DNA of 64,000 nucleotides from the NCBI GenBank assembly GCA_964016885.1, contig OZ024761.1:23374001-23438000 (forward strand), written 5' to 3'. The translations under genes were made by a program, and so were the position numbers. Below the pieces are notes generated by a model. The model did not search any database. It was not told where the DNA came from and saw only the letters and a list, made by a program, of their open reading frames with translations. Positions within the stretch are counted from its first letter, which is position 1. The number at the start of each line of letters is the position of its first letter. Shown one piece after another: positions 60,158 to 64,000 of the stretch. This stretch comes from Eledone cirrhosa (lineage: Eukaryota).

Positions 60158-60380
60158 CAAAGTGTGTTTTATAAATTTTGAAATAGCCAGTTGAATTTTC
60201 CTTGGAAAGTTTTTGGTACCCTTGAAATATATATAATAGAATAAATATGGTTTTATAAATATAGTTTCCATTTATTTAATATCATTGAATATTTACTCCA
60301 GAAATCTGCCGAGTGCTCTGAATCAGTTATAAACATTTATATTTGTTGAATTTCCAACAAATTAAATATCCCTTCTGCTT

Positions 60381-60421
<41 letters not shown>

Positions 60422-61480
60422 CGTGTGTGGAGCGAGAGACTTCTAGTTTTCTTTAAGACATGTCTCTAGAAGAAGGTCACTCTGATATGAAACCTGCGAT
60501 TTGTTTGTATCCAATGATGTAGACCAGTTCTTCTTTGGGGACAAATGCATTCCATGTTCAGAGAGCGGGATTGGCTCCGTGCAAAGCCTTTCCTCACTTA
60601 AAAAAAGTTTCAAGCACAGGCATCGCTTGATATGTGACATTTTCTTTTGCGATGGCCATGAACTCGTTCCTTGCGGGACTTAAGGGCCATGTCTGTGACG
60701 TTCTTACTTAAGTATCAAGCGATGGCATTGCTCAAAGTCGAGTTGCAGCCATCATAATAAATGGAGGAGTGCGGGACTGCGTCCTGGATATATTTTGTTA
60801 TCCCGTTTGTAAAATAAGTTGCATTACTTTGAATGAATAATGAATGAATATTACATAATTTATGTACTAAATTTCGGTAACACTTGATTAAATATAAATA
60901 ATTTTATTGCTTATTTCAAGATTCACTTCTTTAAAATTTTCAAATGTCAACACTTCCGGTTAGCGCCCGTTATATTATAACACTTATTAAATCATATATT
61001 TGCATCGTTATATAAGGATTATATATCCGTCGCTAATTTTCTGATGCAGTTTATATATAATATCGTCTTTTTTAAATATATCATGGATTACTTTACTGAT
61101 TACAGAAGACAGTGTAACACAGTCTCTCTTCAATTTCTGTGTATATTCTCAATTACGATTTTATTTGACATATCATATCTACATGCATGTATACTTGCGT
61201 ATAATATCAATATGCACACTACACATGCTAGCAGAAAACCACCCCTGGGGTGGTTTTTCCGCTAGTATATATAATCTAAGGGTATCCAGTAGTATATTCT
61301 GTTGGAGATTCCCCTCAGAGTAACAGGTTTTAATAAACTATGTTATGGTTATTGAATACGTATTCTCGCTTTCGTCTATACAAACGAAGATGTTTGCTTA
61401 TATGTATCGTACATACATACATACATACATATATACATATATATACATACATATATATATATATATATACATATATATAC

Positions 61481-61540
<60 letters not shown>

Positions 61541-61555
61541 GTATATATATATATG

Positions 61556-61601
<46 letters not shown>

Positions 61602-61623
61602 CATATATATATATACATATATG

Positions 61624-61916
<293 letters not shown>

Positions 61917-62016
61917 CGCACTGACATACATTCATATCCATCGATCAATGATTGTTTACATAAATTATTGGCATGATGCCAAAGTTAAAAAAAAATATAT
62001 GTATTGTAACTTTGGC

Positions 62017-62064
<48 letters not shown>

Positions 62065-62087
62065 CTATATGTATGTATATATATATT

Positions 62088-62119
<32 letters not shown>

Positions 62120-62244
62120 TATATATATATATATATATATTTAATTGTAACTCAATTTTATTTACATAAAAACTCAATTATCAATTTCCATTTAAATTCC
62201 TTTTGACTTCAAAGGTCATTGCAGAATATTGAGCTGTGATATCA

Positions 62245-62785
62245 TGTTGGTGTGGTGGAGGAGTGGTGTGGTGGTTGCTGTAGTGGTGGTGTGGTGGTGT
62301 GGTGGTTTCTGTAGTGGTGGTGTGGTGTTGATAGTGGGGGTGTGGTGTTGATGGTGGTGGTGGTATGGTATTGATGATGGTGGTGGTGGTATGGTATTGA
62401 TGATGGTGGTGGTGGTATGGTATTGATGATGGTGGTGGTGGTATGGTGTTGATGGTGGTGGTGGTGGTATGGTGTTCATAGTGGTGGCGTGGTGGTGTGG
62501 TGTTGATAGTGGTGGTATGGTGTTGATGGTGGTGCTGGTATGGTGTGGTGTAGTGGTGTGATCGTTGCTGTAGTGGTGGTGTGGTGGTTGCTGTAGTGGT
62601 GGTGTGGTGTTGATAGTGGTGGTATGGTGTTGATGGTGGTGCTGGTATGATGTGCTGTAGTGGTGTGGTCGTTGCTGTAGTGGTGGTGGTGTGGTGTCGA
62701 TGGTGGTGGTGGCATGATGTGGTGTAGTGGTGGTGTGGTGGTTGCTGTAGTGGTGCTGTGGTGGTTGCTGTTGTTGGTGTAGCAG
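62245..62785. repeat. (GGT)n/(GTGTG)-type compound low-complexity repeat
   Basis: Direct inspection. Confidence 0.9.
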
Positions 62786-62834
62786 CATTTCAAAAATTGA
62801 GTCATCTCACCATATAAATCAGAATTTCACATAT

Positions 62835-62985
62835 TCCGGCATGTCATATAATCCGGCGTTCTCTATAATCCGGCATGTCATATAAACCGGCAACCCATAC
62901 AATCCGGCATGTCATGTAATCCAGCATGTCATATAACACGGCAACCCATATAATCCGGCGTGTCATGTAATCCGGCAACCTTCCA
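62835..62985. repeat. Short 17-18 bp aatccggc repeats, possibly the subterminal repeats of a DNA transposon
   Basis: taatccggcatgtca / taatccggcaaccc repeated about 8 times. Confidence 0.6.
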
Positions 62986-63211
62986 ATTCTGCCATTCCAC
63001 CAATATTTTTAAAATAATATTTTAATTTGTATTTCTATTTATCAATAACACTTAAGTATTGATTTTTCTGAAAGTGTATGTGTATGTGTGTGGGTGTGTG
63101 TGTGTTTATGTGTGTGTGTGTATGTGAATATATGTATATGTGCGTGTACATATATACATACATATATATACTCACATACACATATGCATAATACATATAT
63201 GTATATATATA

Positions 63212-63400
63212 AAAGAAATTAAAAGATGGTTAAAAAACTTCCATATATTTTATTATGCGTATTTCAAAGACAGTCACTATTAAAATATATGGAACTTTTT
63301 TAACAATCTTTTAATTTCTTCTATATATACTCCAGTTCTATCAATTGTTGAGTGCTACTTATCTGATATATGCAAAGTTTTATTGTTCTACAATAAAACT
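63212..63400. mobile_element. Diverged family B-like fold-back element
   Basis: Inverted arms aagaaattaaaagatggttaaaaaacttccatatatttta / taaaatatatggaactttttaacaatcttttaatttctt; minus strand GAAATACGCATA-ATAAAATA; downstream TACTC...GAGTG. Confidence 0.6.
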
Positions 63401-63561
63401 CACCTCCTACATATGTATATATATGTGTGTATATATGTATATATATGTGTATATATATATATGCATGTGTATATATATGTGTGTATATATATATATGCAT
63501 ATGTATATATATGCATGTGTATATATATATATATACATGCATGTGTATATACATATATGTC

Positions 63562-63612
<51 letters not shown>

Positions 63613-63617
63613 ATGTT

Positions 63618-63724
<107 letters not shown>

Positions 63725-64000
63725 CGGCATTAGGCCATGTTCTGGCAATATACCATGGTAAATTAGATGGAGAAGAAATCGTGTCCAAACTTGAGATAAT
63801 ATGGCCAAGAATCCTTCAAGCTTCTTGGACAGAAAATCATTCGCCCATCCCGGGTAGAATGATACCCAATATTGATTTATCGATCGTTAGTTTTTATTCC
63901 ATGTTTTTTTTTCTCTTTCATTCTTCGTCCGTTCTTTTAAAAATTGATATTGATTACCTGTTGTTGTTATTTGTGTTTCATTTTTGTTTTTCGTTCTGTC

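Overview
AT-rich eukaryotic DNA, intronic or intergenic, dominated by (TA)n, (CA)n, (GA)n and (GGT)n microsatellites. It is probably from a cephalopod such as Octopus; this is an inference from the microsatellite load and the SINE types. Nearly all ORF-track entries are translation artefacts of simple repeats, and no protein-coding gene is confidently supported (two weak micro-exon candidates). The islands between microsatellites hold two tRNA-derived SINE families, RTE-type LINE fragments, a deleted Tc1/mariner element, MITE-like pieces and several minisatellites. The main signal is at least seven sequence-distinct families (my labels A-G) of short, ORF-less elements that usually abut (TA)n tracts. 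Six carry hand-foldable type I hammerhead ribozyme (HHR) motifs, several with palindromic stem III and compensatory changes between copies; family C shows only the 3' half. Many are arranged as fold-back inverted repeats. Several families also share an ACTC/GAGT-type hairpin downstream of the ribozyme. They resemble Penelope-like element (PLE) terminal repeats or non-autonomous retrozyme-like elements that target, and possibly extend, TA microsatellites. All folds were done by eye and coordinates are approximate to a few bp.
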